A DNA stretch of 63,604 bases from assembly GCA_002269645.1 (NCBI GenBank), contig NIVC01002900.1, positions 67,280 through 130,883 of the forward strand, in the 5' to 3' direction. Shown one piece after another: positions 22,493 through 35,300 of this stretch. Numbering within the stretch: the first letter of the stretch is position 1; the number at the start of each line of letters is the position of its first letter. Below the pieces are notes generated by a model that was given only the letters and a program-made list of their open reading frames with translations, had not been told where the DNA came from and made no database searches. The position numbers were made by a program, and so were the translations under genes. This stretch comes from Macrostomum lignano. Lineage: Eukaryota.

Positions 22493-25024
22493 ATGGGAAA
22501 TTGTCTTCGAGGAAATGCCGAGGAGGACGTTGATTTATCACAACGATCCTTACGCTCCACAAGAGCACAAGGTAATTTTCGCTCCACTATTGGGCTTGGA
22601 CTTTTTCTACAATTCTAGTGATAAAAATCGGATTTTATTGTTTTTAGCTCCTATTTGAAATTTCGAGTATATCATCAAATATTTAGAGAATGGCAAGGAA
22701 AAAACTTTATGATGAAAATTAAAAGCTGATATATAAATTGTTCTACAAGCCTATTTAACATTTTATAATTTCGCCTTGATTACTTAACAAATTATAGTTA
22801 GATGCTTGTCAATAAAGCAATCAAATTGACTATTTAATGTTACCAGCTCTAAGTATGAGCTACATAGCATATAGTATGCTATTTTTCATAACGAAAGAAC
22901 TTTCTTCTTTATATAAGTATCGACCCAAAAACTTAAGGATGAAAAATCAAAAGTTTCACCTCAATAATATATATTAAATGTATACTGAACTTTGAACAAA
23001 AATGAGTCTATAATAATTAATAGCTTCTGAGAGAAAAAGGATACAACCCATTTCTTAAAAATTAAATTAAATTCCATGAAAATCTTTCACATAAATTTGT
23101 GATTTTCCAAAATTTTATTGTAAAATTTTGTGAATTTTTATATATATCTTTTATCTTTTTACTGAAGAACACAATAAGGCATAAGCCTCTATTTGCATTT
23201 ATCTTTTGTAGCAACTCTAGGATGAAATGGATGCAAAAAAGATATAATCATCAAAGAATGAGAAGAAATGTTTTTTAAAAAGAGATTTTTAATATTTTTT
23301 GCTTTAAATATCTGCAGTTTAACTTTTAAGCTGTTTGTAAAATAACTTAAATTGATTATTAAAATGCCTGACTAGCTATTTTTGTCAGCTAGGTTCAAAC
23401 TGATTCGCAGCCATTCTAATCCTCATGTCAGTCCTTCGCCAGCGGTCTGCAAATTCTCGTCATCAGCAGCCGCAGCAGCCTCTGGTTGCTAAAAACTTCC
23501 CCCTTCGCCGTGAGCGAATTCGCTGGAACTCTGAGCAGCCGCTCACCGACAGTCAGCTGCGCTCGAAGCGAGACGAATTCTGGGACACCGCGCCGGCATT
23601 CGAAGGCCGCAAGGAGATCTGGGACGCGCTGAAGGCGGCCGCCGCCGCCCTGGAGTCCGGTGATCACGAACTGGCTCAGGCGATCGTCAGCGGCGCGGGT
23701 GTCACGCTGCCGCACGGACTCCTCACTGACTGCTATGACGAGCTGGGCAGCCGCTACCAGCTGCCGCTGTACGTGCTGGCAGCTCCAGTCAACCTCATCA
23801 GCAGCCCGGCAGCTGCGGGGGCCGCCGCTCTCGACGGATCAGCGGGTAGCCGAGCTCGTTTTGTTTCGCTTTTTACGAGTAGTAGTTCCGGGTTTCTGTT
23901 TCTAAGAAACTTGTCAATCGAATTTTTTAACTGGGTCTCCAACTCCGAAGGCGACTCCCCCAACACCGGAACCGACTTCCCCAACACCGGAACCGACTCC
24001 CCCAACATCGAAACCGACTTCCCCAATACCGGAACCGACTTCCCCAACACCAAAACCGACTTCCACAACACCGGAACCGACTTCACCAACACCGGAACCG
24101 ACTCCTCCAACACCGGAACCAACTCCTTCAATACCGGAACGGACTTCCCCAACACCGGAACCGGTCGACTCCTCCAACACCGGAACCGACTCCTTCAATA
24201 CCGGAACCAACTTCCCCAACACCGGAACCGGTCGACTTCCCCAACACCGGAACCGACTCCTTCAATACCGGAACCAACTTCCCCAACACCGGAACCGACA
24301 TCCTCAACACCGGATCCGACTTCCCTAATACCGGAACCGACTCCTTCAATACCGGAACCGACTTCCCTAACACCGGAATCGACTCCTTCAATACCGGAAC
24401 CAACTTCCTCAACACCGGAACCGACATCCTCAATACCGGAACCGACTTCCCCAACCCCGGAACCGACTCCTTCAATACCGGAACCGACTTCCCCAACACC
24501 GGAACCGACTTCCCCAATACCGGAACCGACTTCACCAACACCGGAACTGACTTCCCCAACACCGGAACCAACTTCCCCAACACCGGAACCGACTCTCCCA
24601 ATACCAGAACACTTCTCCAACACTGGAATCGACTTCCTCAATGCTAAAATCTGTTTCCAATGTCGGAATTTCACCCTTCAAAAGCTTTTCGACAACTCCT
24701 CACTCGCCAGACGCCAGCTGTCCGGATGCCGACGGTGACTCGGCCACATCCGACTCCACGCCGAGGCAGCAGCAGGTATTGCTGAACCTGCGCCTGTCCG
24801 ACGGTCGCGAGCTCAGCCTGCCGGTTCAGCCAGACGATACGATTCAACGGGCCAAGCGGCTGCTGGAGCGGCGCACCGGCTGCTCGGCCGACGGGCAACG
24901 CTGGTTCTGCTACGGCAACCTGCTGGCCGACCGGATTCGAGTTCGGGACTGCACAATACCCCGCGGCTTTGTGGTTCAGGTCATTGTGAGACAGTCCAGC
25001 GCGCCGCCGCCGGTAACTGACTGA
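22493..25024 (+). CDS. UBTD1: Ubiquitin domain-containing protein UBTD1/2 (DC-UbP)
   Basis: Exons: 22493-22571 (MGNCLRG..., myristoylation-type start, phase 1), 23432-23845 (alternative acceptor 23411; [29 protein letters not shown]...[14 protein letters not shown]) and 24711-25024 ([11 protein letters not shown]...QRWFCYG...FVVQVIV). Phases are consistent. Exon 1 linkage is less certain. Confidence 0.9.
23950..24630. repeat. 21-bp minisatellite (ccccaacaccggaaccgactt) in UBTD intron 2
   Basis: Degenerate tandem array. Confidence 0.93.
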
Positions 25025-28000
25025 CCTGGGTTGCCTTCCCGATGCACCTGGGTTGCCTTCCCGATGCACCTGGGTTGCCTTCCCGATGCACCTGGGTTGC
25101 CTTCCCGATGCACCTGGGTTGCCTTCCTGGTGCACCTGGGCTGCCTTCCTGGTTGATTAGATGCACATGGGCTGCCTTCCTGGTTAATTAGATGCACCTG
25201 GGTTGCCTTCCTGGTTGATTAGACACACCTGGGTTGCCTTACTGGTTGATTAGATGCACCTGGGCTGCCTTCCTGGTTGATTAGATGCACCTGGGCTGCC
25301 TTCCTGGTTAATTAGATGCACCTGGGCTGCCTTCCTGGTTAATTAGATGCACCTGGGCTGCCTTCCTGGTTAATTAGATGCACCTGGGCTGCCTTCCTGG
25401 TTAATTAGATGCACCTGGGCTGCCTTCCTGGTTAATTAGATGCACCTGGGTTGCCTTCCTGGTTAATTAGATGCACCTGGGTTGCCTTCCTGGTTGATTA
25501 GATGCACCTGGGTTGCCTTCCTGGTTGATTAGATGCACCTGGGTTGCCTTACTGGTTGATTAGATGCACCTGGGTTGCCTTACTGGTTGATTAGATGCAC
25601 CTGGGTTGCCTTCCTGGTTGATTAGATGCACCTGGGTTGCCTTACTGGTTGATTAGATGCACCTGGGTTGCCTTACTGGTTGATTAGATGCACCTGGGTT
25701 GCCTTCCTGGTTAATTAGATGCACCTGGGCTGCCTTCCTGGTTAATTAGATGCACCTGGGTTGCCTTACTGGTTGATTAGATGCACCTGGGTTGCCTTCC
25801 TAGTTAATTAGATGCACCTGTGTTGCCTTCCTGGTTAATTAGATGCACCTGGGTTGCCTTCCTGGTTAATTAGATGCACCTGGGTTGCCTTCCTGGTTAA
25901 TTAGATGCACCTGGGTTGCCTTCCTGGTTAATTAGATGCACCTGGGTTGCCTTCCTGGTTAATTAGATGCACCTGGGTTGCCTTCCTGGTTGATTAGATG
26001 CACCTGGGTTGCCTTCCTGGTTAATTAGATGCACCTGGGTTGCCTTCCTGGTTAATTAGATGCACCTGGGCTGCCTTCCTGGTTGATTAGATGCACCTGG
26101 GTTGCCTTCCTGGTTGATTAGATGCACCTGGGTTGCCTTCCTGGTTGATTAGATGCACCTGGGTTGCCTTCCTGGTTGATTAGATGCACCTGGGTTGCCT
26201 TCCTGGTTGATTAGATGCACCTGGGTTGCCTTCCTGGTTGATTAGATGCACCTGGGTTGCCTTCCTGGTTGATTAGATGCACCTGGGTTGCCTTCCTGGT
26301 TGATTAGATGCACCTGGGTTGCCTTCCTGGTTGATTAGATGCACCTGGGTTGCCTTCCTGGTTGATTAGATGCACCTGGGTTGCCTTCCTGGTTAATTAG
26401 ATGCACCTGGGTTGCCTTCCTGGTTGATTAGATGCACCTGGGCTGCCTTCCTGGTTAATTAGATGCACCTGGGCTGCCTTCCTGGTTGATTAGATGCACC
26501 TGGGTTGCCTTCCTGGTTGATTAGATGCACCTGGGTTGCCTTCCTGGTTGATTAGATGCACCTGGGTTGCCTTCCTGGTTGATTAGATGCACCTGGGTTG
26601 CCTTCCTGGTTGATTAGATGCACCTGGGCTGCCTTCCTGGTTGATTAGATGCACCTGGGCTGCCTTCCTGGTTGATTAGATGCACCTGGGTTGCCTTCCT
26701 GGTTGATTAGATGCACCTGGGTTGCCTTCCTGGTTGATTAGATGCACCTGGGTTGCCTTCCTGGTTGATTAGATGCACCTGGGCTGCCTTCCTGGTTAAA
26801 TAGATGCACCTGGGCTGCCTTCCTGGTTGATTAGATGCACCTGGGTTGCCTTCCTGGTTAATTAGATGCACCTGGGTTGCCTTCCTGGTTGATTAGATGC
26901 ACCTGGGTTGCCTTCCTGGTTAATTAGATGCACCTGGGTTGCCTTCCTGGTTGATTAGATGCACCTGGGTTGCCTTCCTGGTTGATTAGATGCACCTGGG
27001 TTGCCTTCCTGGTTGATTAGATGCACCTGGGTTGCCTTCCTGGTTGATTAGATGCACCTGGGCTGCCTTCCTGGTTAATTAGATGCACCTGGGCTGCCTT
27101 CCTGGTTGATTAGATGCACCTGGGTTGCCTTCCTGGTTGATTAGATGCACCTGGGTTGCCTTCCTGGTTGATTAGATGCACCTGGGTTGCCTTCCTGGTT
27201 GATTAGATGCACCTGGGTTGCCTTCCTGGTTGATTAGATGCACCTGGGCTGCCTTCCTGGTTAATTAGATGCACCTGGGCTGCCTTCCTGGTTGATTAGA
27301 TGCACCTGGGTTGCCTTCCTGGTTGATTAGATGCACCTGGGTTGCCTTCCTGGTTGATTAGATGCACCTGGGTTGCCTTCCTGGTTGATTAGATGCACCT
27401 GGGTTGCCTTCCTGGTTAATTAGATGCACCTGGGTTGCCTTCCTGGTTGATTAGATGCACCTGGGCTGCCTTCCTGGTTAATTAGATGCACCTGGGCTGC
27501 CTTCCTGGTTGATTAGATGCACCTGGGTTGCCTTCCTGGTTGATTAGATGCACCTGGGTTGCCTTCCTGGTTGATTAGATGCACCTGGGCTGCCTTCCTG
27601 GTTAATTAGATGCACCTGGGCTGCCTTCCTGGTTGATTAGATGCACCTGGGTTGCCTTCCTGGTTGATTAGATGCACCTGGGTTGCCTTCCTGGTTGATT
27701 AGATGCACCTGGGTTGCCTTCCTGGTTGATTAGATGCACCTGGGCTGCCTTCCTGGTTAATTAGATGCACCTGGGCTGCCTTCCTGGTTGATTAGATGCA
27801 CCTGGGTTGCCTTCCTGGTTGATTAGATGCACCTGGGTTGCCTTCCTGGTTGATTAGATGCACCTGGGTTGCCTTCCTGGTTGATTAGATGCACCTGGGT
27901 TGCCTTCCTGGTTGATTAGATGCACCTGGGTTGCCTTCCTGGTTAATTAGATGCACCTGGGCTGCCTTCCTGGTTGATTAGATGCACCTGGGTTGCCTTC

Positions 28001-28074
28001 CTGGTTGATTAGATGCACCTGGGTTGCCTTCCTGGTTGATTAGATGCACCTGGGTTGCCTTCCTGGTTAATTAG
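25025..28074. repeat. ~3-kb 31-bp minisatellite (gatgcacctgggttgccttcctggttgatta)
   Basis: Starts immediately after the UBTD stop codon. The first units are a shorter 22-bp version. Confidence 0.97.
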
Positions 28075-28429
28075 GTAAACCTGGTTTGTTTGTTTAGTCT
28101 ATAATATTTTGTTGCAAATCTATTTAAAAAAAATCTACATTAAACAACCATTAAGAGTTTGTTGTTTTTTAATTTAAGTATATTTTTAACTTTAACACGC
28201 ACTTTGCATTCCAACATGCTGCATCACATAGCACAGATTTTGTAAATGATCGCTTCAAATTCACAACAGAGTGATTGTGGAGTGGCAGGTTCGATTGTCT
28301 TTCCAGATTTAAAATCACACACTTTCGCTATTCTTAACTGCTTTGTTTCTGTTGCCTTTGTTTGAAAACTTATTTTTATTAAAAACTTTACCACGTTTTG
28401 ATCGATTTGTTGTTCAAAGCTCTCTCGCT

Positions 28430-28887
28430 TTTTCTGTTTCTCCCCCTCTGTTTCTCCCCCCTCTGTTTCTCCCCTCTGTTTCTCCCCCTCTGTTTCTCCC
28501 CCTCTGTTTCTCCCCCCTCTGTTTCTCTCCCCTCTGTTTCTCCTCCCTCTGTTTCTCCCCCTCTGTTTCTCCCCCTCTGTTTCTCTCCCCTCTGTTTCTC
28601 TCCCCTCTGTTTCTCTCCCCTCTGTTTCTCCCCCTCTGTTTCTCTCCCCTCTGTTTCTCCCCCTCTGTTTCTCCCCCTCTGTTTCTCCCCCTCTGTTTCT
28701 CTCCCCTCTGTTTCTCCCCCTCTGTTTCTCTCCCCTCTGTTTCCCCCCCTCTGTTTCTCTCCCCTCTGTTTCTCCCCCCTCTGTTTCTCTCCCTCTGTTT
28801 CTCTCCCCTCTGTTTCTCTCCCTCTGTTTCTCTCCCTCTGTTTCTCCCCTCTGTTTCTCCCCCTCTGTTTCTCCCCCCTCTGTTTCT
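28430..28887. repeat. Pyrimidine-rich (ctctgtttctccc)n repeat
   Basis: 13-16 bp units. Confidence 0.95.
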
Positions 28888-29414
28888 TCGCTCACTGGCG
28901 ACTCGAACCCCGGACCTGTCTTTAGACTTCTTGAGCACATGGGGCATTGTTGTAAAGCATTGCATTGATTGTTTTTCTCTAGTCAGGCAGACATGCAACT
29001 GGCGTCACATTGACTGTTTCCTATAAAATAATTTTTTAATCGACCTAATACTCGTTATGCTACATGAGTTGATTGCATTGCTAATCCCAGATCAGACATT
29101 CCGCAATCTGTGCTTAAGTGCCTGCAAATTTTAATTGCTTTCAGATGTAATGTAATACTCATAGTAGGCTAAAGTGTGTTTATTGTATTTTTTATGCAAA
29201 ATCGACGGTAGCCGTCCTTTTTTTCTGTCCGATTTCATCTGTCGAAAGACGGTTTTGAACTCACGCAATAAATCATTCGCCAGAAGGCACAATTTATTAA
29301 AATTTGCAAATATTTTGCTTTAAATAATAATTGAAATTAATCATTGTCAATTGAATGTGCGAGGCTGGTGTTCTGCTTTTGACATGCTTTGGAAATTTGG
29401 GCTTCTGACATCAA

Positions 29415-29597
29415 GCTTGGCGCTAAGCTGACATCCAGTTTGGCGCTCAGCTGACACCCAGTTTGGCGCTCAGCTGACACCCAGTTTGGCGCTCATCTGA
29501 CACTCAGTTTGGCGCTCATCTGACACTCAGTTTGGCGCTCATCTAACACCCAGTTTGGCGCTAATCTGACACCCAGTTTGGCGCTCAGCTGACACCC
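29415..29597. repeat. 23-bp minisatellite (gtttggcgctcagctgacaccca)
   Basis: About 8 copies. Confidence 0.93.
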
Positions 29598-31729
29598 ATT
29601 TTTTCAGTTCTTATGCTCAATTAGGCATTTTTCGAATTTAATTTAATTTAAATTTTTGGAATTTTGCTATGCATATTATAATTTTATCTATAATTTTCAA
29701 CTTTGTTAAAACGATTGAATTTCTGATTGGCAGAGCCTTTGAGCCCAGGTCCCCAGGGCAGCCAGTGCAGGATCCACTAGCGCGCAATAGTTCTGATCAC
29801 TGCTGAATCTGAAGCAGAATTTCAGAATTGAAAGCGCTTTCCTGCTTCAGGAAGCCGTACCTGCTGTAATTTATGATGCTTTCTATAATTCATATAGCGA
29901 TTAAGCAATAGTCGCTTCCTTAGCAACTGGCTCAGGATTGAAAATTCCCCCAAATTGAGGCTGTATAAAAAAGTGAAACTCAACCGTGGGAGAGGAGTCA
30001 AAGAGTTGGCCCATACCTTTCTCCTTCCAAGAGAATCCACCTTTAGCTGTTTACGGGCTGCGCAAGACAATTAAAAATCTGTACCGGTAAGATTTTCTGT
30101 ACTATTTTATCCCTATCCCTAGTATCGCTTTTGACAATCTAAATGGGAATTTGGACAATCAAAACGGGACGCCACAGACATCCAAGCCAGGCCGCAGACT
30201 CGGACTGCTTGGGAGTACACAAGCATAGAATGTGGAATGGACAATCAAAATGGCAAAATGCCATATTCTAAACGGGAATTCGCCCAATTTAATGTATTTT
30301 TTATATCACGGATTGGGTCTAAATTCTTGCAGCTCCTGCGATGGATGACTCTCTGTTCAATCGCATCATTCAGCCGCTGGCGATCTGCTGCAGGAATTGG
30401 TGGCGCCATTGGATGTGGTCGCTTTCAGGCCAAAGACAAGCAAGCAGGGGAGGGAGGGACAGAGAGCTATGAAATCTCAGTCTGATTCCCGTTTTGAATG
30501 TCCAAAGTTATAGTCTATGGCCAAGGCTCCCTCAGTAGACTTTGCTAAACTGCTTAAGTCCACGACTAGGGTAAAGCTATACTTGTCAAAGAAAGGTTAT
30601 GGAAACAATTTCCATAGACCGTTACTTTCTGTGCAAATTCGTTCGTATCCCTACCCATTACAGTTAGCCTAGGCGTGTTGAAACGGGGAGAAACGCACGG
30701 CATTCCGCCCGCTGCAATAATCTATGGCCAACTTCAATAAGTAAAAAAACTCGTATGCATTTAAGTATCTAGTTAATGTTTCTACAACTTGTATATTTTA
30801 AAAGTAAAGCTGCTTAATAATTCTTAGTATCAGTTACTATTTTTCATTTCGCAAAATAAGGAGTTTTGGCCATAGACAATTTTTGGATTTCATTATTTTT
30901 TCTTTCTTTGTCTTGTGTGCTGGTGTGCTAATGTGGGGGCTCTCCCGCAGGGGGCTCAGCGCCCCTTGACCCCGCTTTCTTCTGACTTTGCCATAGACAT
31001 TTTCAGCGGGCCGTGAAACCGACTGAATGCATTGGAGTAAATGGGATTTTACCATAGACAGTCTCAGCGGCCTGTGAAACGCGGTTTCACGCCCGCTAAC
31101 TAATAACACTAATATGGATGGGCCGAATATACCAATATTGGTATATATCCCTGATTCGGCTGCATCAGATAAATAAATTATGATAAAAATTTTGTCCTGC
31201 TGGAATTAGCTACTCAAAGTAGCGCGTCTAATTTTGAAAATAACAACAAAAAATAGAATAGATAAGAGTGCACTGAGTATTTTTTATTGGCTTGAGCTGC
31301 TTCCTACTGTCAAACTCGCCAATTGGAAAAAAATTAGTTAATTGCCGGTGGCAAGCTGACAATAGCGCTGCAGGCCCAGCTATAATTCTATCTCTCTGTA
31401 GCATCTGTGCCCCAAATTATTGATAAGGTCAAGGTCATCGAGTTGAGAGTTGGCAGCGCTCACGCTTGCATGGCCCGCCTCTCTGAAGAGCCAATCGAGT
31501 TGACCATTAATTCAGATTAACAATCAGCCTTGCTCAACCCTATAGATGGGATAATAATTGGACTAGAACTGGACCGGAAAATTAATTGCCCTGCCATTGT
31601 TGCCATGGAAACCATTGTTTCGATGGGGATTATAAAGAGTCAATAAAATAATGGGCATCGGCCAGTGATAATGTTCCTAGGGTGAAATAGGAGGATTGAA
31701 TCTGTATTTAAAGATCCCCACATCTGGAC

Positions 31730-32300
31730 TTAAGCATACCTGCATTGGGACTTAAACTTACCTGCATATGGATTTAAAGATACCTGCATCTGGATTTAAA
31801 GATACCCAAAGCTAGATTTAAAGATACCTGCATCTGGATTTAAAGATACCTGCATCTGGATTTAAAGATACCTGCATCTGGATTTGAAGATACCTGCATC
31901 TGGATTTAAAGATACCTGAATCTGGATTTAAAGATACCCAAAGCTAGATTTAAAGATACCCAAAGCTAGATTTAAAGATACCTGCATCTGGATTTAAAGA
32001 TACCTGCATCTGGATTTGAAGATACCTGCATCTGGATTTAAAGATACCTGAATCTGGATTTAAAGATACCTGCATCTGGATTTAAAGATACCCAAAGCTA
32101 GATTTAAAGATACCCAAAGCTAGATTTAAAGATACCTGCATCTGGATTTAAAGATACCTGCATCTGGATTTAAAGATACCTGAATCTGGATTTAAAGATA
32201 CCTGCATCTGGATTTAAAGATACCCAAAGCTAGATTTAAAGATACCCAAAGCTAGATTTAAAGATACCTGCATCAGGATAAAGATACCTGAATCTAGATC
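31730..32300. repeat. 22-bp minisatellite (gatacctgcatctggatttaaa)
   Basis: Tandem array with two alternating unit variants. Confidence 0.95.
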
Positions 32301-32345
32301 AGAAACACAAGGAAGCCATCAGCAAGCCTGCAACGCACCGCAGTC

Positions 32346-35300
32346 ATGCCAAAGTTGCACAGACTGTCGCAACTGCGCGCCGCCGAGGCCGCCGCCGCCG
32401 GTCCCCGCATCGACATCGAGGCGGAGCTGGGCCGCTGGAATCATCGATTCGCGAAGCGGCCAGCCAGGTGGCGGCAGCCGCAGCTTCCTCCTTCGCCTCA
32501 ACGTCGTCGGCGAGGCCGAACTCGCCCAGGCTGGCTGGCATCGCGGCCAGGGCGATGCTGCTGCGCCACCGGGGACCGGACGGCCTGGCCGACTTCGGCG
32601 GCGCGCGGCGGCGGCGGCAGCCGCGGAGGCCGCTCGGCCAGTCTGATTGCGGCCAGGCGGAAAAACCTTCGGCCGAGCGAGCCCGCCGACACAGACGTCA
32701 GCGCCCCGGCGGAGCAGCCGACCGCTGGCCGGCTGTCGCCAGTGCCGTCGGATTTGCGACAGCAACAGCAGCGGCAGCAGCGACGAGTCTCCATAGCCTC
32801 CACAGCCTATGAGGGGCCCGAGCTGCCGATGGAGAACAGCAGTGTTAGCCACTGACAGCTTGTGAAGCCTAGATTAGCGGCCAGCGTTGACTCTGGCGTC
32901 ACAGACCCTGCATGGTTTGATTCGGTGCCCGGCCACATTCATTTGGGGCTTGCGTGCACGAAAATTGGCCGGTGAAGGGGGATGTCATGCCATTCACTGC
33001 CATGAGGGCCAGTCCCCAAGCACAGAAAGTGTACATCCTGTGTGAGCGCGTGTGTGCGAGTGCGTGCCTGCGTACGTATCCGTGTGTACGTGTCCGACAT
33101 TCAGAGAGCCGAATTGCTAGTTTACAAGCTCAGCTGCCAATACCTTCATAAGTAGTTGAGGCAGAGGCCACTAGTAAAGTGAGCCCCAGAAACTCAGCAC
33201 AGTAAACTGACCAGCCAATTTTCCTCTTCAGCTCCAGTTTCTGCTCAGCGCTGCCAACGTCGCCACAGAAGACGCCGAAGCCGATTCAGCGGACGACACC
33301 AACTCACCGATGCCGCCGCCGCCGGGGTCGTCAACGGCGACGCCGAAGCGAAAGCCGCTGCAGGCGAAGCAGAAATCGCAAAAGCAACAGCAGCAAAAGC
33401 AACAGCAGCAAAAGCAAGAGAGACAAAAAACGGCTGGTTGCCGAGTGGTCGGGCAGCTGAACCTGGACCAGGCTGATGAGGCAAATGAGGCGGCCAGCCT
33501 GGCAACACGGGACCGACTCGGGGGTGAGCAGTAAACTGGGGCAGGACAGCTCAGCGGTGAACGCGTCAAAACCCTTGGTTCGATTCCGTGCGCAAACACA
33601 TTCATTCATTCGGGGCTCGTGTGCACGAAAATTGGTCTAAGGAGATTGTCCTGCGATTCACATCCAAGAGAGCCAAACCCCATGCTTAACAATTAGAAAG
33701 TCAGGGCCCCTGTGTACACCCTGTGTGAGCATGTGCACGAGTGCATGCCTGCGTACAGTACAGTACACCTCCGGCAGGTCCGGGCAGTCGCGCGACCGCG
33801 GTCTCCAACAACAGCTGACGGCCGTCCTCGGTGACGTCAGCGGCAGCGGCTGCGCAGCTTCCTGGCCGCTGTCCGCGCTGCCGCCGGGCCGAGGGCGGCC
33901 TCGCCGAGCCGGAGCTGCGCCGCCTGGTGGCCGTCGAGTTGCCGCCGATGCCGGCCGCGTTGGTCGGGCCTCCTGGCTCGACTCGTCCACGTCTGCGCGG
34001 CCGACAGCGCCGACACCACCGCCGCCGCCGCCGACATCGGCGGAGACTCCGACGCTGCCACCGGCCCGGCCGTGGACTCCGAGCGGCTCGCCGTGTGGCT
34101 GACCGCCGCGCATGCCCGCACCAGACGGGACAGCGTGGTGGCAGCGGCAGAGTCCGAGATGGCGACTCCGCCGGCCAAGAAGTCGTCTTCGTCGTTGTCT
34201 GGATCGTCGGGCTCCCGCGGCGGCGCCAACGAGGCCGAGCTGATGGCGCGCGCCGTGGACCAGTTCGACTCGGGTCGGCCGGCTTTCTTTGATCTTGCCG
34301 CCCTGCGGGCCGACCTGAAGAGACGCGACTCGGCTAAGCGGGGCAAATTGCCGAAGTCTGAGGTTGGTGGCCCGGTGGCGTCTCCCATGGGGCTCTCCAG
34401 TGGGATTTTTATGGGCTTTCCGGTAGGGTTTCTGGTGGGTTTTTGGATGGGATTCTTGGTTGGGATCACTATGGGATCTAGATGGGATTTGGATGGTATT
34501 TAGATGGGATTTGGATAGGGTCTGGATGGGATCTAGATGGGATTCGAATGAGATTTGGATGGAATTTGGATGGGATCTAGATGGGATCTGGGTGGGAGCT
34601 TAATGGGATTTAGGTGGGATTTGGATGGGATTTGGATGGTAGTTCGAATCTTTGTTCGGATATTAGTTTGAATTTCCTGCCCTTTTTTGCATTTTGATTT
34701 TCTAATTGGGATTCACAGGTTACCGTTCAGGTTTCAACTGGCTGCAACAGGCAAGGGAAGGCATCTGGTTGACTTCAGTTAGGCTCGTAAGAAATGGAAG
34801 CGGATTAACTCGAATAAAATAACTCAACCTCCTCAGATTCTTCAAGCCGTCAGCCATCACGACTGCCCAGTTTATGGGGCGCTGCTCAACTGTCTACTCA
34901 AACTGTGCGACGCCGAGACCACGGAGATAATCCGGTGAGCAGGGCTGACTGACCCGTAGCATTTTTTAATAACCGAAAAATTGATTCATACATGATGAAG
35001 GACCTGGGGTACGTGAGCAACATAATAAAGCTGGTTTTGCATACAGAAGAAGAAAATAATTTTAAACTGCCCAGATTTGAGGACCAAATTTACCGGATGA
35101 TCAGGTGAGAGCGACGGTTTTCTGCGAACTTCTTTTCCACTATAATTACACCTGCTGCCAATATGCTATTCCTGTGTGCTACGGGTACGGTTGAAGAAGA
35201 GGGACCCTTACACTCTGACCCACTTTTGTCTGACCCAACCCACCTCTGACTCACTTGTCTGACCTGCCCCACCTCTGACCCACTTTTGTCTGACCCAACC

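Noticed and set aside
21951-23400. AT-rich block as foreign or horizontally acquired DNA
   Set aside because: It contains a plausible MGNC first exon of UBTD with the correct phase, and no foreign ORF or element ends were found.
28888-28945. tRNA gene or tRNA-derived SINE head on the minus strand (GGTTCGAGTC B-box-like)
   Set aside because: No A-box or cloverleaf can be built; at most it is a decayed SINE remnant.
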